Shown piece by piece: positions 10,268 to 21,079 of a stretch of 64,000 nt of DNA; the first letter of the stretch is position 1; every line of letters starts with the position of its first letter. Below the pieces are notes generated by a model. The model did not search any database, was not told the origin of the DNA, and saw only the letters and a list, made by a program, of their open reading frames with translations. The DNA is from Candidatus Binatia bacterium (GTDB taxonomy: Bacteria > Desulfobacterota > Binatia > Bin18). A program made the position numbers and the translations under genes. The stretch covers positions 1 to 64,000 of the forward strand of contig CAXXHG010000027.1 in assembly GCA_963666315.2 (NCBI GenBank). Reading direction: 5' to 3'.

Positions 10268-11456
10268 TTTCAGCTGACTAGCATAGCCCCTATGACAGAG
10301 CCCGTAGCTAAATTCATTCAGGATTTCCATTCCGGACCCCATGAAAGCCAACATCATTACAAGAGCTTTCTGCCGGAATACATCAATCTGGAATGGACTC
10401 TGTCTGACCCATCTCAACTGATCCTCCTGGATGAGGCCAACCGCTTGTTAGGCGAACTCAACGCCTTCTCCCAACTCATTCCGGATGTGGACTTCTTTAT
10501 CCGCATGCGCGTGACATAAAGAAGCCACGACTTCCAGTCGGATTGAGGGCACGCAGACGAATATGGCAGATGCCTTGGTGGACAAGCAGGATATCAGCCC
10601 GGAGAGGCGTGATGACTGGCAAGAGGTGCAAAATTACATACAGGCGATGAGCTACGCGATCGGCGCGCTGGACACCCTTCCTCTTTCGAATCGCTTGCTG
10701 AAAGAGACGCATCGCATTTTGTTACAAGGAGTGCGGGGGAGACATAAGCAACCGGGAGAATTCCGGAAAAGTCAGAACTGGATTGGTGTCAGTCTGAAAT
10801 ACGCCACTTTTGTGCCACCGTCCTGTGAGCGGATACCGGAGCTGATGGATGACTTAGAGAAGTTTGTGCACAACGACACCATCCATGTCCCGCACCTGAT
10901 TAAGATCGCCATCATCCACTACCAATTTGAGACTATCCATCCATTTTTGGACGGCAACGGACGCTTAGGCCGTCTACTGATTGTGCTGTATCTGATCAAT
11001 TTCGGCTTGCTCAACAAATCGGCGCTGTATCTCTCTGATTTTTTTGAGCGTCATAAAGGCGAGTATTACGACCATCTAACAGCCGCCCGGACGACTCATA
11101 ATCTTACGGATTGGCTGAGATTTTTCTTGCTCGGGATGCAAGAAACAGCACAACACTCAATTAACGTTTTCAAAGGCATATTGATGCTGAAAGAGGAACT
11201 CGAACGGCAAATCCTACCCCGCTTTCATACGCGCCGCCAACCCAATGCCCAAAGGCTGATGCGCTATCTCTATCAACAGCCTGTCGTCAGTATCAAACAG
11301 GTCCGAGACTTACTCGATACTCAGACAAATACAGCAGCCAAATTCATTAACGACTTCTGTGAAGCAGGGATTCTGGCCGAGCTGACCGGGCGCAAGCGTA
11401 ACCGGCTATTTGTCTTTCATCGCTATGTTGCATTGTTTGTCGGTGAAGAGGAATAA
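10262..11456 (+). pseudogene. Fic/DOC protein split by a 1-bp insertion near 10517
   Basis: HPFLDGNGRLGR motif; FIRMRVT|KEATTSSRIEGTQT continues in shifted frame. Confidence 0.85.
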
Positions 11457-11526
11457 GCCCAAGTAAAGTTTTCCAGCAGGGTAGGCTCGGCCCATAAGAC
11501 CCACCTTCTTCTTGCAGAGGAAAATG

Positions 11527-12684
11527 TTACACATTCATCCCCATCAAGTGCGCAAAGTTCTGGGTGTAAAATCGATCCAGCGTTTCCGCGTCTTGCCCCT
11601 GTAGCGATCTGCCGAATCTGCCGAGCGGGTCGCGTCCGCCCTCGGGGTGTGGGTAGTCGCTGGAGAACATATATAAGCGCGGGTCGGATGCATTGATAAT
11701 GGTGCCGACATCCTCGAACACGAACGGCGTAAACCGGATCTGATCGATAATCTGTCGGCTCGGCGTGCACTGCATGTCTTTCAACAGCGGCTCGCTCCGA
11801 CTCCAGATTCCCGCTACGAGATCGAGTCGAGCGAGCATGGACGGCACCCAACCCGCCCCCAACTCAATCACACCGCCACGAAGAGCAGGAAAGCGCTCCA
11901 CCACACCATCCAGCACCATGGTCGACAGGGACTGCTCGGGCAAATGATGCAGCCCCATCATATCTTTACTGCGGACGTTCTCGCCCCCGCCGAGCCAATC
12001 ATTAGGAATGGGACGGCCGTTTTCGAGCCAACCGGCATCGACCTTCAGCGCGGCACCACCCACGTGCAGTAGAAACGGCACATCATGTTCAACAAAACGG
12101 GCCCACAGCGGATCGAGATCGGTGTGACCCGGGGAATGACCATTAGCTAAACGATCCGGAATCCACAGGGCTTCGAGCCCCAGTTTCACCGCATAGTCGA
12201 GATCTTTGATCGACCGTTCAACATCGTCAATGGGAAGTAATCCAACGCCCACTAGGCGGTCGTCGGCACAGAATTCTGCCATTGAACGGTTACGGGCGCG
12301 GCATCCACCATAGGCGATGTCCGGGTTGACTGTGTCGCCAAATAACATGGAAGTGCTGAGTGAAGAGAAGACAAGCTGTTTGGTAAACCCTAATCGGTCG
12401 AGAGCATCCGTCCGTTCAGACGCGTCAAATGCACCGAGGGCGTCATAACCTTTGGGGCCGCTAATTAAGCTGTCGCCCAGATCGCGTAGTTGCTGCGCTT
12501 CCTGCGCAGGCCGACCAGTGCCTACATAGTTGCTCACATTCTGAGCAAGAACGCCTGCCGCTTCAAAGTTAAACGCTGGCAGTTTGTCGGCAATGTCTCG
12601 GTCAGCGTTGGCTGTCAAAAAGTCTGGCAGCTCCATAATATGGCTGTCGGCATCTAAGAACGTGCGTCCGGTTGCGTAGGGCAT
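11527..12684 (-). CDS. Amidohydrolase-2 family protein
   Basis: DADSHIME, IELGAGW, FSSDYPHPEG. Confidence 0.92.
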   Translation of the reverse strand: MPYATGRTFLDADSHIMELPDFLTANADRDIADKLPAFNFEAAGVLAQNVSNYVGTGRPAQEAQQLRDLGDSLISGPKGYDALGAFDASERTDALDRLGFTKQLVFSSLSTSMLFGDTVNPDIAYGGCRARNRSMAEFCADDRLVGVGLLPIDDVERSIKDLDYAVKLGLEALWIPDRLANGHSPGHTDLDPLWARFVEHDVPFLLHVGGAALKVDAGWLENGRPIPNDWLGGGENVRSKDMMGLHHLPEQSLSTMVLDGVVERFPALRGGVIELGAGWVPSMLARLDLVAGIWSRSEPLLKDMQCTPSRQIIDQIRFTPFVFEDVGTIINASDPRLYMFSSDYPHPEGGRDPLGRFGRSLQGQDAETLDRFYTQNFAHLMGMNV

Positions 12685-12860
12685 CAGAACTCCTTCAGCT
12701 AGATTTTGTTGGTCAGACCATTGTCAATTTTAACGAGCAGAAGCTAGCGAACTCCAGGTGGGGACACTATTCTGAGTTCCATTTTCCCGCTTGGTCAAAT
12801 AAGGTGGCCCGGCAGACTCGAACTCGGCTTTTCCTCAGGAGCAAATATGGAGCAGATTGA

Positions 12861-14081
12861 GTGATTGAAACTGCCTCCCCAGAAAGCGTTGGGCTCGGTA
12901 GCGCTCGTCTGGACCGAATTCCCGAACACCTCAACGGTTATGTCGATGACGGCAGGATTCCTGGCTATTTGGTTTTGATCGCTCGGCGTGGACAGCCTGC
13001 GTATCTCTATCGATATGGTTTGCGTGATGTCGAAGCAGGCCAGCCGCTCGAAGAAGACACCATCTTCCGCATCTATTCCATGACCAAGCCCATAACGAGT
13101 GTAGCGCTCATGACGCTGTATGAACGGGGCCTGTTCCAGCTCGATACCCCAGTGTCAGCCTTTATTCCGGACTTTAAAAATCTGGAGGTATTTGAGTCCG
13201 GAGACGCCGAGCACTATCAGACGATCTCTATGGAACGAGAAATAACGATTCGTGACTTGTTGACGCATACAGCCGGTCTGACCTACGGCTTTATGAACGT
13301 CCATCCGGTTGACGCCATGTATCGCGCCTGTGGGGTCGAAGGCTCTCGTTCTAAGGGCACCTTGCACGATATGGTGCTAAAGCTCGGCAAACTGCCGCTG
13401 TTTTTTTCTCCAGGAACGCGCTGGAGTTATAGTGTCGCCACTGACGTGCTGGGATACCTCGTTGAGTTGCTGTCTGGAAAGTCGCTCGATTCCTACTGCA
13501 GTGAGCATGTTTGGGAGCCGCTCGATATGCGGGACACGGCATTTTCTGTTGCGGATGAGAATGTCTCCCGTTTCGCCGCAAACTACGAGTATCAGAAGGG
13601 ACGCTTTCGTCTCATCGATAGTCCAACAAAGAGTGTGTATCGTGGGCAGCCAACATTTCTGTCGGGAGGCGGCGGGCTGGTCTCAACAGCCAGTGATTAT
13701 CTCAGGTTTTTACTCATGCTCGGAAACAAAGGTGTGCTCGGCGGTGAACGAATTCTTGGTCGGAAGACTGTCGAACTCATGACTATGAATCATCTGCCGG
13801 ATAACGCCGATCTCAGCCGCATGGGCCAGAAGGTGTTCAGTGAAATGCCTTTTGACGGAATTGGGTTCGGTCTGGGTTTTTCGGTCACGCTTGATCCAGC
13901 CAAGGCACAGATTCTTGGCTCACCCGGTGAGTATTCGTGGGGCGGCGCAGCCAGCACGACCTTTTGGATCGATCCGGTCGAAGATCTCATCGTCATCTTC
14001 CTCACGCAATTGATTCCGTCTTCTTCGTATCCAATCCGGCGCGAGCTGCGGGTTTTGACTTATCAATCGATTGTGGACTAG
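12861..14081 (+). CDS. Serine hydrolase, class C beta-lactamase-like
   Basis: SMTK, LLTHTAG, SGGGGL, YSWGGAAST motifs. Confidence 0.92.
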   Translation: MIETASPESVGLGSARLDRIPEHLNGYVDDGRIPGYLVLIARRGQPAYLYRYGLRDVEAGQPLEEDTIFRIYSMTKPITSVALMTLYERGLFQLDTPVSAFIPDFKNLEVFESGDAEHYQTISMEREITIRDLLTHTAGLTYGFMNVHPVDAMYRACGVEGSRSKGTLHDMVLKLGKLPLFFSPGTRWSYSVATDVLGYLVELLSGKSLDSYCSEHVWEPLDMRDTAFSVADENVSRFAANYEYQKGRFRLIDSPTKSVYRGQPTFLSGGGGLVSTASDYLRFLLMLGNKGVLGGERILGRKTVELMTMNHLPDNADLSRMGQKVFSEMPFDGIGFGLGFSVTLDPAKAQILGSPGEYSWGGAASTTFWIDPVEDLIVIFLTQLIPSSSYPIRRELRVLTYQSIVD

Positions 14082-14111
14082 ATTGGTCAACGTGAAGAAG
14101 GAGACAGCCCA

Positions 14112-14152
14112 GAGCAGTAAGCTTTGAGCAGTAAGCTTTGAGCAGTAAGCTT
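14112..14152 (+). repeat. 14-bp tandem repeat x3 (gagcagtaagcttt)
   Basis: Directly visible; third copy is 13 bp. Confidence 0.9.
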
Positions 14153-14174
14153 CACACAAACAAGGAGGGACGTT

Positions 14175-14930
14175 ATGTACCCGCAGCGGTTTATTGTAGA
14201 GCCATCAGCCGTGCCTTGGAAAACGTTAGCTCTTGACGGCGGTGGGGAGACTCAGCTCCAAATGTATCTGAAAGGCAAAGACGGTGGACCGGAAGCCGTA
14301 CGGGCACAAATCTCAGAAGGCTATACCGTGGAGCCGCATTTTCACTATGCGGCCCAGTTCCAGCTCCTCTTGGAAGGCGCGATGGAGTTCCCGCTCTTTC
14401 GGCTCGAAGCTCCTGCCGTCCACTACACGGAACACAACGTACCCTATGGCCCGTTCAGAGTGAGTGGCGGGCATGACATGCTGGTGCTGCATACCAAGCC
14501 GGGTGGTTTGGCGATGATGCGCGATAGGAAACGCCGCTGGCAGGCGAACGTACGCGGGCGCGAATTCACGCGTTGTGCGCATGAAGTAGAGTGGCAGCCT
14601 ACGCCGGACTATGCCACAGCCAGACGTAAGCTGCTGATTCCGGCCAGCTTCGGTCCTTCAGCGGAGTTGGTTGAGTTCCCGGCCGGCGTTGAGTTTATCC
14701 CTCCGGTTCCGGAGTATGGTCGGTATGAAGTAGTCTACACCGGTTCTGCTTGTATATCCGGACAGTCCTTAGGACCCGAGGGGCTACGTTTCATCGCAGC
14801 GGGGGAACAGGCTGCGCCGCTCAAGGCCGGTCCTGAAGGGGTGAGCATGATTTTTCTCACCTTTGACGAAGACTCCGTCCATAATGATCAGGGCAGTACG
14901 GAAGATGCTATTGCCCGGATGGAGCAGTGA
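14175..14930 (+). CDS. Cupin-like hypothetical protein
   Basis: PHFHYAAQFQ..VHYTEHNVPYGPF; AGGAGG RBS. Confidence 0.7.
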   Translation: MYPQRFIVEPSAVPWKTLALDGGGETQLQMYLKGKDGGPEAVRAQISEGYTVEPHFHYAAQFQLLLEGAMEFPLFRLEAPAVHYTEHNVPYGPFRVSGGHDMLVLHTKPGGLAMMRDRKRRWQANVRGREFTRCAHEVEWQPTPDYATARRKLLIPASFGPSAELVEFPAGVEFIPPVPEYGRYEVVYTGSACISGQSLGPEGLRFIAAGEQAAPLKAGPEGVSMIFLTFDEDSVHNDQGSTEDAIARMEQ

Positions 14931-14952
14931 TTGATCTCAAAGGAGAACACGA

Positions 14953-15459
14953 ATGAAGGCAGAAGAACTCCGCGCCCTGCAGGCCCCGTTAAAAGAGACC
15001 TATCAACACACCCCTGAGAAAGCTGTCGTGACGCTCAACGCCGAAGGGCGGATTGGCGAGGGCATAACCTGTCGGGTGGAAACAGGCAAAGCCGTGGTGG
15101 AAGCCGGACTGCACCCCGCTACCGGCGGAGACGGTCTGGCCGCGTGCTCCGGAGATATGCTGCTTGAGGCGCTTGTGGCGTGTGCCGGTGTAACCTTGCA
15201 AGCCGTTTCTACCGCGATTGGGGTTGAACTGCGAGATGGAAAAATAATCGCAGAAGGAGATCTTGATTTCCGGGGGACCTTGGGTGTTTCAAAAGAAGCG
15301 CCGGTTGGCTTTCGAGACATCCGCCTACGCTTTGATCTGGATACGGACGCCGATGAAGAGCAATTAGCAACGTTGATCCGTCTGACTGAGCGCTACTGTG
15401 TTGTCTTTCAGACCATCCGCAATGCACCCGAGATGAATGTTTCGTATAGTGTTGTGTAA
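14953..15459 (+). CDS. OsmC family protein
   Basis: CSGDMLLEALVACAG..TERYCVVFQT. Confidence 0.9.
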   Translation: MKAEELRALQAPLKETYQHTPEKAVVTLNAEGRIGEGITCRVETGKAVVEAGLHPATGGDGLAACSGDMLLEALVACAGVTLQAVSTAIGVELRDGKIIAEGDLDFRGTLGVSKEAPVGFRDIRLRFDLDTDADEEQLATLIRLTERYCVVFQTIRNAPEMNVSYSVV

Positions 15460-15603
15460 CTCACCTTTCTTATGTCCCCTCCTTGGAGGGGTGGCTGTCC
15501 GACCAGAGGTCGGCGGCCAGGGTGGGTACTCCGGCCTATACGAAACACACCCCGCCGCTACGCGGCACCTCTCTCAAGAGGGGAGAAGACTGCTGACTCT
15601 CCC

Positions 15604-16185
15604 ATGGACTCTGTCCGATATAGCGTCGCCCTGCTCACCCTTATTACCTTCATCCCAGGCATTCTGTTTTGGCCCTTAGCCCATGGCCTGGTCCAGCGCT
15701 GGCGTCGGCTGGGACTAGCCGTCTCATACACGCTGCTAGGCGCTTTTATGCTGGGACTGAGTGTGAGCATATTCGCGCTGCGGAAAACACTCCTGACGAT
15801 AGAGTTTGGCACCAATCTATGGCTATATCTTCCCGCAACGCTGTGCTTCGCCGCGGCAATGGTCATTGAAGTCCAGTGTCGCAAACACCTGACTCTCCGA
15901 ACCTTGGTTGGTATCCCGGAGCTGTCCCCTACCCCAACGTCTCAACAGTTGCTTGATCAGGGTGTGTATGCGCGTATGCGACATCCGCGCTATGTGGTGG
16001 TCATGCTCAGTATGCTCGCCGTTGCCATTTTTACAAACTATCTGGCCCTCTACGTGCTGTGTCCTCTCGTCATTGTCACTCTGTACGCTATCACCGTGCT
16101 GGAAGAGCAAGAACTTATCGAACGCTTCGGTCCGGCCTACGAGCAGTACCGACAACGCGTACCGCGCTTTGTTCCTAAGAAGTGA
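15604..16185 (+). CDS. Isoprenylcysteine carboxyl methyltransferase/PEMT-like membrane protein
   Basis: GVYARMRHPRY, EEQELIERFG.YEQYRQRVPRF. Confidence 0.85.
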   Translation: MDSVRYSVALLTLITFIPGILFWPLAHGLVQRWRRLGLAVSYTLLGAFMLGLSVSIFALRKTLLTIEFGTNLWLYLPATLCFAAAMVIEVQCRKHLTLRTLVGIPELSPTPTSQQLLDQGVYARMRHPRYVVVMLSMLAVAIFTNYLALYVLCPLVIVTLYAITVLEEQELIERFGPAYEQYRQRVPRFVPKK

Positions 16186-16326
16186 TAGCTCAGAAGCTGT
16201 TGAAACCTAATGCAGCCAAGAGGGCTGAGGTTGCAGTTGTGTCGCTCCCTATGGGAGCGGCGTTTGCTCAGATATAGTGATCCAGTCCGTTCTACATTCT
16301 GTTTGTTATCAATACAGGAGCGTCGT

Positions 16327-17307
16327 ATGGCTCAACAACCGACCATTGTCTTTCTCTACTCGCAGCGTTTTGTTCCAGCACAGATCATTCAAATGGCTCA
16401 GGAGCAGGTGCCGGCCGGCTTTACCTTCAAGCTTTTGGAGCAGGACTCCTCAGCCGAGACACGGTTGAAGAAGATCGCTCAGGCTGATTTTATCCTAGCC
16501 TATCCGGGTAATCCGTCAACTGAGGAATTACACGCCGCGAAACAACTCAAGCTGTTTCAGATCTTGAGTGCAGGCTATGAATGGTTGGATTTAGATCTCT
16601 TTCAGAAACTCGGGCTGCCCATCGCCAATAACGGAGGAGCCAATGCACCTACCGTAGCCGAGCATGCCATTCTGCTTATTTTAGCGGTGTTCAAGAAACT
16701 GCCCCTGCATCACAACGCTTTACATGAGGGGAAATGGCTCGGACTGCAAGAAACCCTGAACATGCGGGAGTTCCGCAGCAAGACGTTGGGACTTGTCGGC
16801 TTTGGCCGAATCGGCCAGGAGGTCGCCCGCCTGGCTAAGGGGTTTCAGGCGACCATTCGTTATTACGACACGATTCGGGCCGCGACCACTGTTGAGCAAG
16901 AGGTCGGGGCGCAGCTCCTGGCGCTTGACGCTCTGCTCGAACAATCCGACGTAGTGAGCATTCATACGCCGCTGACAGATGAGACCAAGGGGATCATCAA
17001 CGCGCGCACGCTGGGGCTGATGAAGTCCTCTGCTATTCTGATCAACACCTCTCGTGGACCAGTGATAGATGAGCCTGCTCTCATCAAAGCCCTCCAGAAT
17101 AATAAAATTGCGGGGGCTGGGCTGGACGTCTTTACCACCGAGCCGTTACAGACGGATAGCCCGCTGTTGTCTTTAGACAATGTCGTGTTGACGTCGCACA
17201 TCGCTGGGGTGACACTCGATACCTGGAGCCGTCGCATCGCGTTTGGCTTTGCCAATATTGCCAGGGTTGCCGCCGGGCAGGTTCCGGAGTCGGTGATAGC
17301 GGGATGA
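16327..17307 (+). CDS. D-2-hydroxyacid dehydrogenase
   Basis: GLVGFGRIG, INTSRG, GAGLDVF..EP, SHIAG. Confidence 0.92.
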   Translation: MAQQPTIVFLYSQRFVPAQIIQMAQEQVPAGFTFKLLEQDSSAETRLKKIAQADFILAYPGNPSTEELHAAKQLKLFQILSAGYEWLDLDLFQKLGLPIANNGGANAPTVAEHAILLILAVFKKLPLHHNALHEGKWLGLQETLNMREFRSKTLGLVGFGRIGQEVARLAKGFQATIRYYDTIRAATTVEQEVGAQLLALDALLEQSDVVSIHTPLTDETKGIINARTLGLMKSSAILINTSRGPVIDEPALIKALQNNKIAGAGLDVFTTEPLQTDSPLLSLDNVVLTSHIAGVTLDTWSRRIAFGFANIARVAAGQVPESVIAG

Positions 17308-17564
17308 GCAAAGACAGGTGTGCAGAGTAAGATTCTTAATTTATATATGGTTGAGCAAGCCGTTGCTCGTGCAGTTGTAAAGAGAAATCGTAGTGTGGAT
17401 AGAACGAAGTGAAACCCACCGAAGCCAAAGGTGGGTCGGACGACGTCAGACAACACGCCCTACAAAAATGGATAATGCGTCAGACAAAGAGCAGCTGTTC
17501 CCGACTACGGAACTTCTCTTTCAGCTGGACGTTTATATCATCCAAGAGGTTTACGGGACCGACA

Positions 17565-18248
17565 ATGCATCGTTGGAAACAGGCTCTTATCCTTCTCCTG
17601 CTGCTGACGGTTTACACCCTTGCTGAGGGAGCATCTGTTGGGACGACCGCAGCCGACCTTGAACAATACGTCCACAGGCTGGTCAATGAGCATCGGACTG
17701 CGCAAGGACTCAGGCCCTTAGCCTTCAATCCGGAAATCTCTGCTATTGCCCGACGCCACAGCCAGGACATGGCAACGGGACGGGCCACGGTTGGCCATGA
17801 TGGAGCCCCAGGCCGTCAACAAGAGATCGCTGGAATTGTCACTATGCGTGGATTTGCGGAGAACATCGCAGCAAATACTGCAGAGTCTTCACACGCAGCG
17901 GATATGGCCGTCGCCGATTGGCTGACAAGTCCCGGCCACCGGCGCAGTATGGAAGGCGCTTATGACTTCACTGGAATTGGGGTCGCTCAAGGACCGACCG
18001 GAGCGTACTTCTTCACACAACTCTTTGTGAGAACGCCGTCTTTTCGTCCAGGAACAGCTGAAAGCGATTCAACTGATAAGAGTTCTGCCCCCGCGCCACG
18101 TGCCGCGAGGATCGAACAGCAAATCGTTGAAACCCGCTCATCCCCTACCTACAAGAATCCATACAGGAAACCGCGTTACGAAAAAGATCCACGTAAACGC
18201 CCGGGACGAAAAAGAACCGCACAAGGGTGGGTCCAAGAGTTGGATTAA
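17565..18248 (+). CDS. Secreted CAP/SCP domain protein
   Basis: Signal peptide; ARRHSQDM, ENIA, WLTSPGHR, FFTQLF. Confidence 0.88.
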   Translation: MHRWKQALILLLLLTVYTLAEGASVGTTAADLEQYVHRLVNEHRTAQGLRPLAFNPEISAIARRHSQDMATGRATVGHDGAPGRQQEIAGIVTMRGFAENIAANTAESSHAADMAVADWLTSPGHRRSMEGAYDFTGIGVAQGPTGAYFFTQLFVRTPSFRPGTAESDSTDKSSAPAPRAARIEQQIVETRSSPTYKNPYRKPRYEKDPRKRPGRKRTAQGWVQELD

Positions 18249-18533
18249 ACTGACTCCGGGCAAGATGACACGCAGTCCAACCTCAGTTGAAGAAATATCT
18301 TGCTCATCGACTTCACATAAGAACTCATCAAGTCCCGCCGTATGCTTATGAAGATGCAGTATGGCAGCGCCGAGTTCACCAAAGATGTCATCCCGTTCTT
18401 TTGCCGAGCCCGGACGTATTTCTAAGCGCCGAATGAGAGCAACAACATGTTCACACTCTTCACGCAGTTCCCCAGGAAGCACCTCAGTCGTACTTGACGG
18501 CACATCGATGGTCTTCGTCTTAGCAGCTCCCAT
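18138..18533 (-). CDS. Hypothetical protein, possible antitoxin-like remnant
   Basis: GAGGAG RBS; helical ELREECEHVVALIRRLE..ELGAAILHLH; 3' end overlaps the CAP gene. Confidence 0.4.
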   Translation of the reverse strand: MGAAKTKTIDVPSSTTEVLPGELREECEHVVALIRRLEIRPGSAKERDDIFGELGAAILHLHKHTAGLDEFLCEVDEQDISSTEVGLRVILPGVSLIQLLDPPLCGSFSSRAFTWIFFVTRFPVWILVGRG

Positions 18534-18646
18534 TACTCACTCCTCAAACGTTTTCTCGCGCGGGTGATGCTGACCGCGAAGGCTTTAACCTCAGAAGGGC
18601 AGCCACACAGGGCTGCTCCTACAATCTCTCTCTCTGTTAGGAGCGA

Positions 18647-19789
18647 TCAATACCCCCGCAGCTGGGCCCAGCGATCGCGGTGCCAGGCGGCGTCCCCAAA
18701 GGTTATCTCGGCCGCTCGGGCACGTTTCAGGTAAAAGCCCGCGTCATGCTCGTCCGTCATGCCGATACCAGCGTACATTTGTACGCTTTCATTCGTCGCT
18801 AATATAAAAGCGTCAGAGCAGCGAGCCTTGGCTAAGGAGACGAGTAGGGCAAGATCTGCATCCTCGTCGTCTGCGGCATTGGCAGCCGCCATTACGGACG
18901 AACGACACAGCTCGATTTCCATAAAAACTTTGGCAGCCCGATGTTTAAGGGCTTGGAACGAACCAATCACTACGCCGAACTGTTCGCGCGTTTTCAGATA
19001 TTCAAGCGTGTCATCAAATATCTGACCCATCCCGCCCAACATTTCCGCGCACAGGCCGACGGTGGCCAGATCAACACTATGCGACAGTGTCGCTAAGCCT
19101 TGGCCTGGGGTGCCGACAATACTTGCGGCACTAACTTTGACCCCGTCGAGGTTGACCAAGGCCGCAGCTCGGCTGTCGACTCGGGTTTGTGGGGTGATGG
19201 TCAGGCCGGGGGTATCCGGTGTAATGAGAAAGAGCGTGATGCCGTCTTGCGCGCTCTGCTCTCCGGCCGTGCGGGCCGAGACGATAAGCACATCAGCATT
19301 CTGTCCGTCCAAGACCTGGATTTTTTCGCCGGACAGCCGCCAGTCGTCTCCCTCAGGGCTAGCTTGGGTTGTGACACGATGTAAGTCGTAGCGGCTGCGC
19401 GCTTCCTGATAGGCGACTGTCAGGATTTTTTTACCTGATGCTATGCCGGGCAGCCAGGTTTGTTTTTGTTCGCTACTCCCGGCTTGAGCGATCAGCTGAC
19501 CGCCTAAGAGCACTGTTGAGAGAAAGGGCTCTGGGGCAAGGTTGCGGCCGAGCGCTTCAAGGACTACAGCCAGCTCGGCTAAGCCCAGGCCGGCTCCGCC
19601 ATATTCTTCGGGAATCAGAATGCCCGTCCAGCCGAGCTTGGCCATCTCTTGCCACAGGTCGGGTGAGTAACCCACACTGTCCTGCGCATCTCGCAGAGCC
19701 CGCATACGACTGACGGGAGAATGGGCTCGCACGAAATCCAGTGCGGTTTTTGCTAAGAGTTCTTGGTCTTCAGTCAGAACAAGTGCCAC
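18647..19789 (-). CDS. Acyl-CoA dehydrogenase (paired subunit)
   Basis: REQFG..IGSFQALKH, IGMTDEHD. Confidence 0.92.
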   Translation of the reverse strand: MALVLTEDQELLAKTALDFVRAHSPVSRMRALRDAQDSVGYSPDLWQEMAKLGWTGILIPEEYGGAGLGLAELAVVLEALGRNLAPEPFLSTVLLGGQLIAQAGSSEQKQTWLPGIASGKKILTVAYQEARSRYDLHRVTTQASPEGDDWRLSGEKIQVLDGQNADVLIVSARTAGEQSAQDGITLFLITPDTPGLTITPQTRVDSRAAALVNLDGVKVSAASIVGTPGQGLATLSHSVDLATVGLCAEMLGGMGQIFDDTLEYLKTREQFGVVIGSFQALKHRAAKVFMEIELCRSSVMAAANAADDEDADLALLVSLAKARCSDAFILATNESVQMYAGIGMTDEHDAGFYLKRARAAEITFGDAAWHRDRWAQLRGY

Positions 19790-19799
19790 GATGTGTCTC

Positions 19800-20990
19800 C
19801 TAATCTGGTAAACCCAACACGCGCTTGGCAATAATATTGAGCTGAATTTCGCTTGTACCGCCTTCGATACTATTGCCGCGCGAACGCAACCAGTCGCGCG
19901 TCAGCGTGAGCTCATGCTCTTCAAACCCCGGACCTTCCCAACCTAGTGCCTGTGGACCCGCAATCGATAACAGTAGCTCAAGGCGGCGTTGATTCAATTC
20001 AGTACCATAGATTTTAAACATCGAGCTTTCCGGCCCTGGCGGACGTCCGACTTTTGCTGCATCGCGGGCGCGTTCGATTGTGAGCCGAAAAGCCCGGCCG
20101 TCCATTTCATATTGGGCCATCCGGCTTCTGATTACGCCGTCGGCAATACGGTCGCCATCAAGACCGATATGCTCTTTGGCCCAGTCGCGCATGCTACGGC
20201 CTTTACCTGCCGTCGTACCAAAGGCCGAGGCGATCATATTGCGCTCATGATTAAGCAGCACCTTTGCGACCGTCCAGCCTTTATTGACTTCAAAAATGAC
20301 GTTCTTGGCTGGCGTCTGGACATCGGTCAAAAACGTTTCACAAAAGGGCGACGCACCGCTGATGAGTTTAATCGGTCGGGTTTCAACTCCGGGCGATTCC
20401 ATATTCATCAAGATAAAAGTGATGCCCGCTTGCTTTTTGGCATCCGGATCCGTGCGAACCAGCATAAACATCCAGTCGGCCAGGTTGGCAAATGAAGTCC
20501 AGACTTTCTGGCCGTTGATGACGTAATGATCGCCATCAAGGATGGCGCGCGTTTTCAGCGAAGCCAGGTCGCTACCCGAACCCGGCTCGGAATAGCCCTG
20601 GCACCAGCGAATTTCACCGCGAATAATGCCCGGTAAATGCTCGTGCTTTTGCTCTTCTGTGCCGTATTCCAAGAGAGTCGGACCGATCATGGTCAAGCCA
20701 AAACCGATCAACGGAGCAGGCAGTCGGAGGGCGTTCATTTCCTGCTGAAGAACCTTGGCCTCCTCATTGGACAAACCACCCCCGCCGTACTGCGTCGGCC
20801 ACTCAGGTGCAGTCCAGCCACGCTCGGCCATCATATCCATCCAAACTTTCATATCCGGATTCGCATAGGTCGCTTTACGTCCGCCCCAATTCCCGTCAAG
20901 TAGCGTATTGCCCACACCCCGGAGAGAGGCCGGGGCGTTGTTGTCGAGCCACTTATGAGTTTCAGCACGAAAGGTCACGAGGTCTGCCAT
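19800..20990 (-). CDS. Acyl-CoA dehydrogenase
   Basis: CQGYSEPGSGSDLASL, NGQKVWTS, IEGGTSEIQ. Confidence 0.93.
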   Translation of the reverse strand: MADLVTFRAETHKWLDNNAPASLRGVGNTLLDGNWGGRKATYANPDMKVWMDMMAERGWTAPEWPTQYGGGGLSNEEAKVLQQEMNALRLPAPLIGFGLTMIGPTLLEYGTEEQKHEHLPGIIRGEIRWCQGYSEPGSGSDLASLKTRAILDGDHYVINGQKVWTSFANLADWMFMLVRTDPDAKKQAGITFILMNMESPGVETRPIKLISGASPFCETFLTDVQTPAKNVIFEVNKGWTVAKVLLNHERNMIASAFGTTAGKGRSMRDWAKEHIGLDGDRIADGVIRSRMAQYEMDGRAFRLTIERARDAAKVGRPPGPESSMFKIYGTELNQRRLELLLSIAGPQALGWEGPGFEEHELTLTRDWLRSRGNSIEGGTSEIQLNIIAKRVLGLPD

Positions 20991-21079
20991 AAACAATTCC
21001 TCCTCAATAGATAAGGGCGACCAAATGGTCGCCCTTATTCGAGCAAGATCGTGCGCTCTCGACAAGCGCTATGGGAATC

